Positions 23,972 to 34,358 of a stretch of 47,189 nucleotides of DNA are shown here, piece after piece. The notes beneath the pieces are model-generated. The model worked only from the letters and a program-made list of their open reading frames with translations, did not search any database and was not told the DNA's origin. The DNA is from a virus (Duplodnaviria; Caudoviricetes): positions 1-47,189 of IMG/VR virus record IMGVR_UViG_3300023283_000092, one strand, 5' to 3'. The position numbers were made by a program, and so were the translations under genes. Position 1 is the stretch's first letter; each line of letters begins with the position of its first letter.

Positions 23972-25276
23972 CTAGAGTTCTTGCGCGGAGTCAAACTCCT
24001 CCATGAACAACTCCTCCTGCTCGGGCGTAAGGCCACGAGTTGAGAGGTCACGCAGAACATCCTCCCTGCTGAGACCATTCTCATCAGCGAGACGTGCCGC
24101 TGCTTGGGCGACAGCGCGAATGCCTGCGGGGCTCCGCTGAGGCTCTTCGCCCCGCGCCTCGTCAAACGTCTTGCCGGCTTCAGCAACCGCACGCACGGCC
24201 CTGTCAGCTGTCACAGTGCCGCCCTGCTGGTCGCGTCCGCCGATCAGGTTATCAATGGCCTCTTGTCGTGAGAATCCAGCCGTAAGGAGGTTGAACGCTG
24301 CCGCGAGATCGTCAGGACTGACCGCGTCAGGCCTGTTGCTGGCTCGACGGTCACGACCGGCCTCCTGAATGTTTGTTCTCTGTGTTCGGCCACGCTCCTG
24401 GATTTGTGTGCGCTTTGTCTGTGCACCCTGCTTGAATCTCTCGAGCTCGAGGTCTGCAGCCCTCTCAAGCTCGTTGCCGAACTCCTCGACGTAGTTGACG
24501 CCCGGTAGGAACTCGCGGAAATTGGGATCATCAGGGTTCGCCGCGCGGAGACGCTCGAACACCCGCTGGTTAAGGTGCACCTGGCGTTCTTCGGCCTCCT
24601 GGGCCTGTAGGCCTTCGAATGCCTCGCGCGGAGTGATGACCCCGGCACGGATCAGGCGCTGCGTACGCGGCGGCAGGTCGCCTACGGCCGCGATCTGATC
24701 ACTCAGGGCGCGTTGTCTCTTGCGCTGCTCGATCAGGGCCTGGGTAGTGTCGCTGTCGCCGAAGTTGACCTGGAAGTCGCGGATGCGTTGATCGACTTCG
24801 GGGTCAAACCTGCCGGAGCGATCATTGGGGACCAGGCCTGCGCCCGCTGGTCCCAGGGCACCCCCCGCAGCGGGCCTCGCGCCTGTTCTCAGTCGCGGAT
24901 CGGGCTGCTGCACACCGCCGCCGGCGCCGCCTGTGCGGGGGTCACTGGCGTTCGGATTGAACGCTGGGGGGAATACTGGACGACGGAAGTTGCCCGAGCC
25001 AGGGTCGAATGATCCAAGCGTCGGAATGTTCGCACCGGAACGGCCAGCCTCGCCGGCACGACTGAGGGTCTGTCCGAACGGGTTTTGGTCCTCATCGAGG
25101 ATGCCCTCGCGGATTCTACGTTCTGCTCTTAGCTGGCGGATATCATTGATGCCTGCGATAGCTTCTTGTACACCCTCCCCCGTAAACAGGCTCTTGTCAC
25201 GTCTCTCAGCATCAAGGCGTGCGGTAAACGCCGCAGTGCTGGGCGCTTGGGCAATAACTCTAGGACCGAATGGCAT
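23972..25276 (-). CDS. Putative internal virion protein
   Basis: Position; Q/R/A-rich helical composition. Confidence 0.65.
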   Translation of the reverse strand: MPFGPRVIAQAPSTAAFTARLDAERRDKSLFTGEGVQEAIAGINDIRQLRAERRIREGILDEDQNPFGQTLSRAGEAGRSGANIPTLGSFDPGSGNFRRPVFPPAFNPNASDPRTGGAGGGVQQPDPRLRTGARPAAGGALGPAGAGLVPNDRSGRFDPEVDQRIRDFQVNFGDSDTTQALIEQRKRQRALSDQIAAVGDLPPRTQRLIRAGVITPREAFEGLQAQEAEERQVHLNQRVFERLRAANPDDPNFREFLPGVNYVEEFGNELERAADLELERFKQGAQTKRTQIQERGRTQRTNIQEAGRDRRASNRPDAVSPDDLAAAFNLLTAGFSRQEAIDNLIGGRDQQGGTVTADRAVRAVAEAGKTFDEARGEEPQRSPAGIRAVAQAAARLADENGLSREDVLRDLSTRGLTPEQEELFMEEFDSAQEL

Positions 25277-25285
25277 TAATCCCCC

Positions 25286-26020
25286 TTAAAACGGCAGCAG
25301 GCCGCCAATACGAGAACCAATCTCGGCTCCGCCTGGACCACCAAAGATCCCACCCGTCACCCCACCGATGAGTGAGCCGAAGAAGCCGCCCTTCTTTTTC
25401 TGCTCTGCCTCGCGAGCCCTGCGGCGCTCTTCGAGCTCACGGATCACATTCTCGCGGCCCTGCTCGCGATCGGCCTGGCCGCTGAGCAGCTGGAGTTCGC
25501 GGTCACGAGTACCAAACGCCTCCTGACGGTCTTGTGAGGCCACGCCTCCAAGACGGTCAATGTTCTGGCCCTCAAGCTCGGCTGCGCGGAAGGCGTTGGC
25601 GCTCAGGGCATTCGCAAGCTCATCATTGAAATCTCGGCGCTCTCTACTGCCCCCAATGTTGGAAGCGAACAGGCCGCGACGGTTCAGGTTTGCGCGACGG
25701 CCCGCGAGGCGACGATCGAACCCCTGGCTCAGGCTGCGGAATTGTGCGCCCGCAGCCTCGTTGGCGAACTCCTGCGGGTCGAAGCCGCGAATGTTGCGCA
25801 ATGTTTCCTGGCGCGTAAAATCGCGCTCGTCTCGGCGCTCGTCGGCCGCTCCGCGCTCGCGTCTGATCTCGTCGGGGATCTGGCGTCTGGCTCTTGCGTC
25901 ACCACGAAAATCGAGCCCGCCGGCCACTTCGCGTCTCCGTCTTTCGGAGCGGATTCTGTCCTGGTCTCGCCTCAAGGCTTGTCCCAGCGCGACGTCTCCT
26001 ATTCCACCAAATCCAGGCAT
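25286..26020 (-). CDS. Putative DNA ejection/pilot protein
   Basis: Coiled coil with C-terminal Gly-rich hydrophobic GGFFGSLIGG segment. Confidence 0.65.
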   Translation of the reverse strand: MPGFGGIGDVALGQALRRDQDRIRSERRRREVAGGLDFRGDARARRQIPDEIRRERGAADERRDERDFTRQETLRNIRGFDPQEFANEAAGAQFRSLSQGFDRRLAGRRANLNRRGLFASNIGGSRERRDFNDELANALSANAFRAAELEGQNIDRLGGVASQDRQEAFGTRDRELQLLSGQADREQGRENVIRELEERRRAREAEQKKKGGFFGSLIGGVTGGIFGGPGGAEIGSRIGGLLPF

Positions 26021-26035
26021 GTGCTCTCCTTCTGG

Positions 26036-27103
26036 TTATACCGTGCAGTAGAGTGAATCTAGATCATGCAACGGTTCGTCTTCGACAGTGGGCGGTACAG
26101 GCCCCTTTACCGGGCCAGACCATGGACCAAAGTTGCCACCACCGAGGTCCCATCGGCCCCGCCACCACAGGATAAGATCGGGGTTTGTGGTCGGTGTAGT
26201 CGTAAACCTTGATGGCCAGCAATCAGTGCCCGAGAGGCTGCCCGCCAATGTTACCTCTACTATAGGCGGATCAGGGAAAGGAGACGCGGCCGGGCTGTGC
26301 GTGGAAGTGCAGCCCCAGGGTGGGGTAGGAGAGCCCCCTGTGGTGTCTGGGTCGAAGTCACGGCATGGCCCACCACTGATCTGTATTCCGATGACCCCTG
26401 CGCCACTAATTGGTGACTGCCACTGAAGTGTTGTTCCCGACGACCCCACAGACTGACTGTCGGGCGGGTCCTTCAATGCACCGTGAGTGATTCGCTGGAA
26501 TGTCCCCAACACAAGCACGGGTGCATCAATCACGGTGAACGTGCAGTCCTTCTCCTGCACAGAAACCAGAGCGCCTTCGCTATCATAGTCCTCGAGCCTG
26601 AACCTTGCTGTCTGCTCGTCGAATGTCCCGTTACCAAAACCGCGGAACTCGATGCGCCACCCAATCACCTGGCCTTCGGCATTCAGGATTGGTAGCTGTT
26701 CCGCGTTGATCTGGTTGGGATCGCTGCTGCTCCCCAGACCTATGCCGGGAATCCCCTGGGCATTGAAATTGGTCCCACCCGTCAACACACCACCTATACC
26801 GCGACCAAAGTCCCCAACGTTCTGCAGATCGCCACGATCCACACGAATCACACGGTGAATACCGGGCGGAGGCCTCGGAATCGTGATACGCGGACCCATC
26901 TGTGGGTCGTCTGGCGGTACATCCGGAGGCGGCAGCTCGGGCGTGCAACTGAGCGGCCCCGTGGGGCCAGGTGGAGCCTCGGGGTCGCCTTCGTCGGGTC
27001 CGAAGATGCGTGGGCCGGGCACAAAGTCTTCCTGCGGCACAAACGGGATAGGCGTGCAGCCGGACACCGCCTCAAAGTCCTCCTCTTTGCAGCTTGTTAC
27101 CAT
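26036..27103 (-). CDS. Pro/Gly/Cys-rich putative tail-associated protein
   Basis: Position in tail module; beta-rich. Confidence 0.6.
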   Translation of the reverse strand: MVTSCKEEDFEAVSGCTPIPFVPQEDFVPGPRIFGPDEGDPEAPPGPTGPLSCTPELPPPDVPPDDPQMGPRITIPRPPPGIHRVIRVDRGDLQNVGDFGRGIGGVLTGGTNFNAQGIPGIGLGSSSDPNQINAEQLPILNAEGQVIGWRIEFRGFGNGTFDEQTARFRLEDYDSEGALVSVQEKDCTFTVIDAPVLVLGTFQRITHGALKDPPDSQSVGSSGTTLQWQSPISGAGVIGIQISGGPCRDFDPDTTGGSPTPPWGCTSTHSPAASPFPDPPIVEVTLAGSLSGTDCWPSRFTTTPTTNPDLILWWRGRWDLGGGNFGPWSGPVKGPVPPTVEDEPLHDLDSLYCTV

Positions 27104-27115
27104 GGTATGCCCTCG

Positions 27116-27415
27116 CTATACATTTGTGGCGATGGTCTTGATGGTTCCGTTTTCGAAGATGATCTTGAGGGCCCCATCCGCCTTGTCGATAAACACCGTG
27201 TTACGCCCCACCACAGCCACAGGAACCGCCGCCTCGGGTAGCCCAATAGTGCCGGCGGCGATCTCGGGCCCGATTACGCCCACACGTTGGAGCTTTCTTT
27301 CCATTTCCCTGAGCACGTCCATCACCCTCTTGAAGTTGCGTCCGATCTCATCGGGTGTGCGCGGGTACTCGTGAGGCAGGCCCTGTTGCGAGCCCGGCCT
27401 TAGCTTAATTGCCAT
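27116..27415 (-). CDS. Putative structural protein
   Basis: Coupled stop/start in tail module. Confidence 0.6.
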   Translation of the reverse strand: MAIKLRPGSQQGLPHEYPRTPDEIGRNFKRVMDVLREMERKLQRVGVIGPEIAAGTIGLPEAAVPVAVVGRNTVFIDKADGALKIIFENGTIKTIATNV

Positions 27416-27885
27416 TACTCTTGCTCCACTCTGCCCCGAGACCCCTGCAGTCGAATGAACTCAAACTGAATAGACTCTAAGTTGAATCCGCCCTCTGGCA
27501 TATCCGCTCTCAACACGAGGCCGAATGTTGTTGCACGCAACCCGCTAGTGAAAAACCCGTTTTCCCGCTCCTCCTGCAGGGGGATCAGGAACGACTCACG
27601 CCTTGCCTCTCCAGGCGAGGCGGGTCGTGAGAAGAACTGACGCATAGGGAACCGTGCTGCGCCGTCACCAACGGGGATAGCCTCGAAGGAAATCCCCCTG
27701 TTGTGCTCTGCGGAAATAAACAGCCTCTTCCCCACGGCCTCACCGGCGGGAGCCTCCACGACGTGACGCTTCGTGCGAATGCGCATGCTGACTCCACTCT
27801 CGGGCGAGTTGCCGAACCCCTCATTGGCATCCTCTTGAAAAACGCGACCCGCGCCCCCCATGAGTAGTAGTTCCTTTTCAGCCAT
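27415..27885 (-). CDS. Putative tail protein (resembles nozzle C-terminal region)
   Basis: Beta-rich; coupled to upstream nozzle-like gene. Confidence 0.55.
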   Translation of the reverse strand: MAEKELLLMGGAGRVFQEDANEGFGNSPESGVSMRIRTKRHVVEAPAGEAVGKRLFISAEHNRGISFEAIPVGDGAARFPMRQFFSRPASPGEARRESFLIPLQEERENGFFTSGLRATTFGLVLRADMPEGGFNLESIQFEFIRLQGSRGRVEQE

Positions 27886-29783
27886 TACACAAGACTCCCA
27901 GTGTCAACAGTGATCCAATCGGTCCATGCGGACACCTTGCCGTCTGGTTCGCCAAGAAAGTCCCCGGCGAAGAACTCGGTGTGACGGGCCCTGAACCTGA
28001 TAGGCCCGGTGTCCAGGTCTATGTTTGGCTCGCGGTGCTGCGTGTCGTTCAGATCCTTGTTTCTGATCGATGTGGTTGTAGGTGTGCTTTCCCTGTTGAA
28101 CTCCACAGTGGTGTAGCTGTTGATCTGCCCCAACCCCCAAACGACATACGCGACCGCCATCGGCGACCCGTCCGGCCTCGATTCCTTACGAAGCTCCACG
28201 TTGAAGTTTTGTGGCGCCACGAAATCATCATCGCCGAAGGTGACGAAGTTGGTATCGGCGCTGGTTGACCTGCGGCCCGTAGTGCTGTCTCTGTGCCACA
28301 GGCGTACATGATAGATCGTCTCCGCCTCCAGATTATCTACCACGAACGTCTGGACCCCCGAGTCTAGCGTAGCTACCTGACTAAACTCCCCGTCATCGCG
28401 ACGCAGGAATAGCTCCGTGGTGATCGAGGGCCCGGTCTCTCCATTAAACCAGACGACCTGGGCGTCATGCGGGCCACCAGGGAACACGAACACACCCTCC
28501 GGCGGCAACATGTCAGGGTCGATCTCGTCAAGCTCCTCCGGCAGCGGGTCGCCGCCAGGCCCGGGCGTCAGGATCGTGCCGGGTTTCGTCAACCCACCAC
28601 AGAACACCCTGGTGCCAAGCTCCCTCGTCTTGAACTTGTCGTAGAGGTAGTTGTACTCGAGTGCCTCGAAGGGGTCGCCCTGGTCTGGCGAATGGTACCA
28701 CCTCACCTCGTACTCGTCGGGCTGATGCGCAAAGAAGATAGTATCGAAATTGATGCGCCGGTGCAAGGGCGTGATCCGACGCTCAAGGCCCTCCGCCTGG
28801 GCGCCACCACGCCACATCGTGGGCCCTAGAGGGCTGTACCAGAACGCAAGCCCATTGGCCTCACCGGCCGCCCTGCTGGCCACACAGCCCCTCTGGTTGT
28901 CCAGAAGGTCGGCCTGGAAGGAGAAGCGATCGTAGCCGAACAAAATGAACGCGGCAAACCGTGTAAGTATCAGTAGGCGGGCGCCGGCCGTGACCATCGA
29001 CATAACGGGCTGGCCACGAACACCGATTCCGAAGACATCCTCGATGTCGAAGAGGCCGGCGCTTCCCGGAGAGATCTCGGCGGCGGCGTCATACCCCGCC
29101 TCGCCGAAGATCGGCGCACCGTCCTTACCGGCGTCACCCCCGCCCTCGATGTCGGGCTCGAAGCCGAGGTATGAGAACCTGACGATCTCTGGCCTATCAG
29201 GGTCGGCCTCCGAGCCATAGCCAGCAACAAACAAGAAGTTATTGAATGCTGCCACCGTGCGAGCGCGAATGGGCGCCGCAGGAGTGCTCAGCCCAGACTC
29301 AAACTTAAACAGCGGCTGGAACAGCTTCCCCGCCTCGAACCTCTCGTTCGGATCGTACACTGTCAAGCCGTGGAGCTTGCCCTCATCCACAATCCATAGG
29401 GCCTCCCCAAGCACGGCCGCAATGGTCTTGGGTCTCTCGCTCACCGAATCCCAGCCCGCAAGCGTGCCCACAAGCGCGGCATTGCGCCCCTTGCCGTCTG
29501 CCGCATAGATGTCAACACGACCGCCCGTGTGCGTCAAAACCACCACACCGGTCGCGGACCCACTGGCGGTGTCTGAGCCGTGAGGCATCGAGTGGATGCC
29601 GCAAATCTGCCCCGGCAAGTTGGCCACCGTAGCCATACTGTCCCGTGGTGACCAACGGCCCTCGCCAGTAAACTTCACGTTCACGAGCTCGAGCGCGTCT
29701 CCGTCAGGGATGGTCTCCGGGGCGTCGGCCAGGTTCAGCCCACCACCCAAGGGGAACGCTCTCGCTGCAGCAAAGTCAGGCAT
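27885..29783 (-). CDS. Tail nozzle/stabilization protein-like (P22 gp10/T7 gp12 class) with C-terminal FN3-like domains
   Basis: GGLN..NV N-terminus, propeller-like core with RFS and GCV; LEAETIYHVRL FN3-like motif. Confidence 0.65.
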   Translation of the reverse strand: MPDFAAARAFPLGGGLNLADAPETIPDGDALELVNVKFTGEGRWSPRDSMATVANLPGQICGIHSMPHGSDTASGSATGVVVLTHTGGRVDIYAADGKGRNAALVGTLAGWDSVSERPKTIAAVLGEALWIVDEGKLHGLTVYDPNERFEAGKLFQPLFKFESGLSTPAAPIRARTVAAFNNFLFVAGYGSEADPDRPEIVRFSYLGFEPDIEGGGDAGKDGAPIFGEAGYDAAAEISPGSAGLFDIEDVFGIGVRGQPVMSMVTAGARLLILTRFAAFILFGYDRFSFQADLLDNQRGCVASRAAGEANGLAFWYSPLGPTMWRGGAQAEGLERRITPLHRRINFDTIFFAHQPDEYEVRWYHSPDQGDPFEALEYNYLYDKFKTRELGTRVFCGGLTKPGTILTPGPGGDPLPEELDEIDPDMLPPEGVFVFPGGPHDAQVVWFNGETGPSITTELFLRRDDGEFSQVATLDSGVQTFVVDNLEAETIYHVRLWHRDSTTGRRSTSADTNFVTFGDDDFVAPQNFNVELRKESRPDGSPMAVAYVVWGLGQINSYTTVEFNRESTPTTTSIRNKDLNDTQHREPNIDLDTGPIRFRARHTEFFAGDFLGEPDGKVSAWTDWITVDTGSLV

Positions 29784-30484
29784 TAACTACCCTGCCTCTC
29801 AGGAGGGCTCAAACCGCCCCCCGCAGCACGACCAAACCGCTTACTCACGTTCATGTCGGCATCCGTCACAGACACATCAAACTCGGCCAGCAGGGACACC
29901 TCCTCAGCCGTCAAGGCCTCAAGGTCGCCACGGGCCTTGTCTTTGCGGGCCAGGTATTTGGCCAGCTGGATGACGAGCAGTTCCTCGTTCTCGTCCGGCA
30001 ACCATTCGGGCAGGCAGCCATCCAGGCCGCTCACGCCAGGCGAGTCGTCGGAGAAATAGAAGCGGAGCTTGTCGCCCGTGTCCGCGCTGTCGGGGTCGCC
30101 GGTCTCACCCACCGTGTAATAGCAATTACCGAGCCTGTACACCCGAGGCGCGAGCTCCGCGTTCTTGCGGTCCTCGACGGGTACATTGTGAACCTCGTCA
30201 CCTGGCTTGAGTACGGCGGTTGCGCCTGTGTTATTCTCTGCCGCCTCGATAAGGATGACTCGCATGGCACCATCGGGGCGCTGCCACTTACCACCCGCCG
30301 GGCTTACGTCCTTAAATACGGCGGAGAAGAACGGGTTCAGCCTGTTCGCGCGACTGTACAGCACACGTAGGCGAGCACGGAGCACGTTGAGTAGCTCCAT
30401 TTTGGTGGCGGTGCGCCCAGGGTCATTGGCGCTAGACATCCCGAACGCCCTATTAATGACATGCTCTGCGCGAATCTTTGCCAT
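29783..30484 (-). CDS. Head-tail adaptor-like protein
   Basis: Helix-beta-helix organisation, position before nozzle. Confidence 0.55.
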   Translation of the reverse strand: MAKIRAEHVINRAFGMSSANDPGRTATKMELLNVLRARLRVLYSRANRLNPFFSAVFKDVSPAGGKWQRPDGAMRVILIEAAENNTGATAVLKPGDEVHNVPVEDRKNAELAPRVYRLGNCYYTVGETGDPDSADTGDKLRFYFSDDSPGVSGLDGCLPEWLPDENEELLVIQLAKYLARKDKARGDLEALTAEEVSLLAEFDVSVTDADMNVSKRFGRAAGGGLSPPERQGS

Positions 30485-32505
30485 TAGCTAATTGCCCTAC
30501 CAAGCTTGATCTTGATGAAATCGCCGCCACTTGGGAAATGCAGCACAGTGCCATCCGCAAGAACAACCTTGAACTGCGCCCGGTATGAGCCTACGGCTCG
30601 ATCGAGGTCAGTGGCCGCGAATCCGTACTCCACATTGTACTGGTCGCCATCTGCGTCCGTCTGCACGCTAGCAAAGCCCGTCGCCGACCCCGTGAAGATC
30701 TGGTCGCCATCGGCGTCCCCGAACAGAAACGTAACCGTCGCCCCGGACAGGTCGGGCAGGTTCCCGTCCTCGTCCTTGAGCAGCGCACGAATCGGGCGTG
30801 TATCGCCCTGCGTGGCCTCAAATATACTCTGTCCAGCCACCTCTTTACCTCCTGCGAGTGATAGGATGAGTGGGGCCTGCGTGAGCTCGGCTAGGAGCCT
30901 GCTCTCGCCGACCAGGGCCCCAAATGATGCGCCGGTCAGAACTGGAATGTCGCCTTCAGCAAACAACACGCGGGCGGCCCTGTCAAGCGTCGGAATGTCG
31001 CCCTCGGCGAAGAACACTCTGGCAGCCCTACCGCTGACGGGCACCTCGCCAGAAGCCCATGACACCCGGGCCCGCCTTGACTGTTTGGGCACATCGCCCT
31101 CGGACCAGTAGACCTGGGTATTCGCGATATCGAATTCGAGATCGCGCATTTCGTCCATGAGCGCCGCGTCAAGTGTGGCGCCATTCTCGGGTGCGGCCTC
31201 TTTGACGATCTTGACGGAGAGAAAACCAGCAAGCCCGTCCCTGTTCGCCCCCGTAGAGTTGAGGTCCAAGTGGGGCCAGTTGTCCGCCGGAAAACTAACA
31301 CTAGCGTCTTGATCGCCCACCGAGACAGAGCCCCCGTTTATTCTGACCCCCACGATGGTCACGGCGTTGGGTCTCAATATGGTGACCGTCTCAACCAACG
31401 AGCCAATAGGAGTGTTGAGCGTCAAGAGTGAGTTGGCGCTGCCCCCGCCTTCGTTGACCATAAGTGCGCGGTATTTGTCTGGGACGTTGAAGATTAGCAT
31501 AAATCTAGGGTTCCCACCCTCCGTACCCTGACCTATCTGCCAGAGACGACGTTGGTCACCTAGTTTGGCGACACCCTGCTCAATCCACGATGTATAAACA
31601 ATCATAGCCTCTGGCGGACCACTGTCATATCGCAACCGCTCCACCTCTTGCGTCGCGGCGCTCGCGCCCGTCACGATGGGCACGCCGGGGAAAGGCTCGA
31701 GAACGTGTTGGGCATGGTAGATTTCAACGGAATCGGTGTTGTCGGACGTGCCCGTGGGGTAGATCCAGATGGAGCGCGTATTGCCCGAGTTGGCGGGCGT
31801 ACCGGTCACAGAGAGTCGAACAAACCCGTTCCCAATGTCCTCGACGCCCGCGCGTGTGCTGGTGCCGACCCCGCTGTCTGTAATCGTTGGGTCGGCAAGG
31901 TCCCAGTTGTAGGACGCGCGAACGACCCAATCCCCGACAGTGTCGTCGCGGATGCCAAATACGATTGAGGTGGCGTCGACGTTGCGGACGATGATGCTGA
32001 GCGTCTCGGGCGCGGACGACAACGTGCCGACCACTTGGCGAACGTTTCGGTCGGTGGCCCCGCCCGCGTTGTCAGCCCGGAACCCGTTGACGAGCGTGCC
32101 GTCCGATTGTTCGAAGATCCCCGCCCGTGCTGTGAGCGTGATCTCGGCATTCTTGGTCCAGACCGCAGCGGTGAAGTCGTTCGAGTGGAGGATAATGTTC
32201 GTGTGCGCCACCGCCAGGGCCACGGTTTGACGAAAACGATTCTGTACGAGATCGAAGCCAGCCTGGAAATCCCTCGGAACGTCGTTTGCTAGCTCACGAT
32301 ACTTTGACGCCCCGTCAAGAACATAAGCCTTGCTTGCTCGGGTGAACGTGGCCCCGCTGCCGATGTTGGGCCCAATGCCATGTTCAGCGTCCATGAAGAA
32401 CAGGATGTCATCGGGCTTGATGCCTGTGTTGACTAGCCCCGGGATGTTGGGATCACCATACTTGTGACTATCGCTACCCCGTAGCCCGGTTCCTGGTCTC
32501 AGCAT
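30484..32505 (-). CDS. Tail fibre/head spike protein with BppU-like C-terminus
   Basis: TFTRAS..TN...SNDF..W, GNGFVRL, QGDT..DLSGATVTF..FPS motifs. Confidence 0.7.
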   Translation of the reverse strand: MLRPGTGLRGSDSHKYGDPNIPGLVNTGIKPDDILFFMDAEHGIGPNIGSGATFTRASKAYVLDGASKYRELANDVPRDFQAGFDLVQNRFRQTVALAVAHTNIILHSNDFTAAVWTKNAEITLTARAGIFEQSDGTLVNGFRADNAGGATDRNVRQVVGTLSSAPETLSIIVRNVDATSIVFGIRDDTVGDWVVRASYNWDLADPTITDSGVGTSTRAGVEDIGNGFVRLSVTGTPANSGNTRSIWIYPTGTSDNTDSVEIYHAQHVLEPFPGVPIVTGASAATQEVERLRYDSGPPEAMIVYTSWIEQGVAKLGDQRRLWQIGQGTEGGNPRFMLIFNVPDKYRALMVNEGGGSANSLLTLNTPIGSLVETVTILRPNAVTIVGVRINGGSVSVGDQDASVSFPADNWPHLDLNSTGANRDGLAGFLSVKIVKEAAPENGATLDAALMDEMRDLEFDIANTQVYWSEGDVPKQSRRARVSWASGEVPVSGRAARVFFAEGDIPTLDRAARVLFAEGDIPVLTGASFGALVGESRLLAELTQAPLILSLAGGKEVAGQSIFEATQGDTRPIRALLKDEDGNLPDLSGATVTFLFGDADGDQIFTGSATGFASVQTDADGDQYNVEYGFAATDLDRAVGSYRAQFKVVLADGTVLHFPSGGDFIKIKLGRAIS

Positions 32506-32514
32506 CAGTGACTC

Positions 32515-33288
32515 CTACAGGCTGTAGCGCAAGTTGAAATAGTCGAACAGTTCTGTGATTTCCTCAGAGGTCAGGGTGCGTGAGTAGATGACCACCTCTG
32601 CGACATCGCCAGCCCAGGGGTTTGTGAATGACGTGTTGTTCTCATCAGACAGTCGAAGCTGGTTGCGTCCGGCAAACGCGTCATTGAACAGCGACCCTGT
32701 GTCCAGCTGCGATGTACCGTTCACGAAGAACTCTGTCGCCCCATCAACCCCACTGGTCACCCAGCCCAACTTGTGCCACACACCAGCATCTACATTGAGG
32801 CTACCGCCATCCCTTGAGAAGCCACCCGCCGAAAACACCGCCGGGTCCCGCTGGTGCTCGTGGCCGTATCCCATGAAGTTATCGACGCCACCCTCTCGAG
32901 CAACCACCAGCCGGAACCTATTGCTGGTGGAGCTTGGTTTTGCTATCACGAACACCGACGCGGCCAACGGGTCCGGTGAGACCCAGGGCGCTGCCACGCC
33001 GGCGTCCGAATTAACGAATCGGTTTGCCTCAGCAATAGACACGGCGTCCGTCCCGTTGGGACCATCGCCCCTGCGTATCACCGGGGCCCCAGCCTCCACG
33101 TCCATATGGAACAGATTGTCCGATCTGTCGATCCAGGCGTCCGTGCCCGTAACGCCAGTGTCGTCGGCGCCAACCAGGTCGTCCGCGCGGTACCACGCGT
33201 GTAGGTCGGGGATAGCACTGGGACCCGCAGGCGGAACCCCCAACACGCCCGCATTACCAATAACCGCTGTCAGCAGCTTGGTTGGCAT
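32515..33288 (-). CDS. LamG/concanavalin-like virion protein
   Basis: AWYRADD, WIDRS, GDVAEVVIYSRTLT..EI..YFNLRY. Confidence 0.75.
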   Translation of the reverse strand: MPTKLLTAVIGNAGVLGVPPAGPSAIPDLHAWYRADDLVGADDTGVTGTDAWIDRSDNLFHMDVEAGAPVIRRGDGPNGTDAVSIAEANRFVNSDAGVAAPWVSPDPLAASVFVIAKPSSTSNRFRLVVAREGGVDNFMGYGHEHQRDPAVFSAGGFSRDGGSLNVDAGVWHKLGWVTSGVDGATEFFVNGTSQLDTGSLFNDAFAGRNQLRLSDENNTSFTNPWAGDVAEVVIYSRTLTSEEITELFDYFNLRYSL

Positions 33289-33932
33289 TAAACTGTGTAC
33301 CCTGTGATGACGCCCATGAAGTACAACGTAGACCCGTCCGAGTAGAACGATAGTAGATCAAACTTGTTGGCCGTAGTCGTGAGAACGGGCTCACCCAGGT
33401 CGCCAAAGTCGAAGTCCGTCCCGTCCCAAGTGATCAGGCGCGTGCCCGTTGAATCCTGGTTCACCCTGAACACTACAGCAGCCCCTGCTGGCGGAAAGTT
33501 CACAACATCCACCGTGCGATCTCCGGCCAGGGTCACCTCATTAACCCACTCGTCATTGAAGTCCAGGGAGATCGTGGCGCCGTCCACCAGCACCTTAACG
33601 CCCTGCATCTTACTGTGCATACGGTTCCAATCGCGGGCCTGGAACTCTGAGCCCGTTCCCTGGTAGTCAACTTCTATGGTTGTGCCAGCATCCGCGGGGG
33701 CGAAGATGATCTCGGACTGACCCTTCACCAGTGCGTACTCGCCAGCGGCGGGGTTGGACGCCACCTCAGTAAACGTCGGGGTGCCGCCTGAGCCTGTAAC
33801 CGTGATTGCACCACCGGGGCTTGGTAGCTGGTTCAGGAACACCCTATCGGCAACGTCCTCGCCGATGACGTGTATCTCATCGGTGATCTGTTCCGCTGGT
33901 CTCGCGTCAATGAACGTGGTAAGTTGGGGCAT
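33288..33932 (-). CDS. Putative tail fibre-associated protein
   Basis: QDSTGTRLITW..P.LTT....D.LSF domain typical of phage tail proteins. Confidence 0.65.
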   Translation of the reverse strand: MPQLTTFIDARPAEQITDEIHVIGEDVADRVFLNQLPSPGGAITVTGSGGTPTFTEVASNPAAGEYALVKGQSEIIFAPADAGTTIEVDYQGTGSEFQARDWNRMHSKMQGVKVLVDGATISLDFNDEWVNEVTLAGDRTVDVVNFPPAGAAVVFRVNQDSTGTRLITWDGTDFDFGDLGEPVLTTTANKFDLLSFYSDGSTLYFMGVITGYTV

Positions 33933-33935
33933 CGG

Positions 33936-34358
33936 TTACACCTGTGTGGGCGTCCAACGAAGACGCAGGTTCGAGTAGTCGGTAATCGAGTCGATCTCGA
34001 CCTGTGTGGGCGTCAGTGTGAACAGGGTTGGTGTTGACCCAATGTTCTGGTGTGTTACAGACGCAATAACCGTCGCACCCTCGAGCAGCTCCACCAACAC
34101 GTCGATCTGCCCCCCGCCCGGAGAGTTCTTGGATAGGCGGTAGCTGAACGAGTGGTCCACGGATGACAGCGGGTCCTCGACAGACGTAAGCTTCACCTCG
34201 AGCGGCTCTGTACCGTCCGGTGCACTCGAGCTCTGCGTGAAATCGTTGTCGTCTGCAACGGCCTCGTCAATCTTGTCGAAATGCGTGTTCGGCGAGCTCG
34301 GCGTGGGGGTCCATCCGGCCACCGTCACATCAAGAACGGGTCTCAGCTTCTGCGACAT
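33936..34358 (-). CDS. Putative structural protein
   Basis: ATG at 34358 overlapping upstream stop; beta-rich. Confidence 0.65.
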   Translation of the reverse strand: MSQKLRPVLDVTVAGWTPTPSSPNTHFDKIDEAVADDNDFTQSSSAPDGTEPLEVKLTSVEDPLSSVDHSFSYRLSKNSPGGGQIDVLVELLEGATVIASVTHQNIGSTPTLFTLTPTQVEIDSITDYSNLRLRWTPTQV

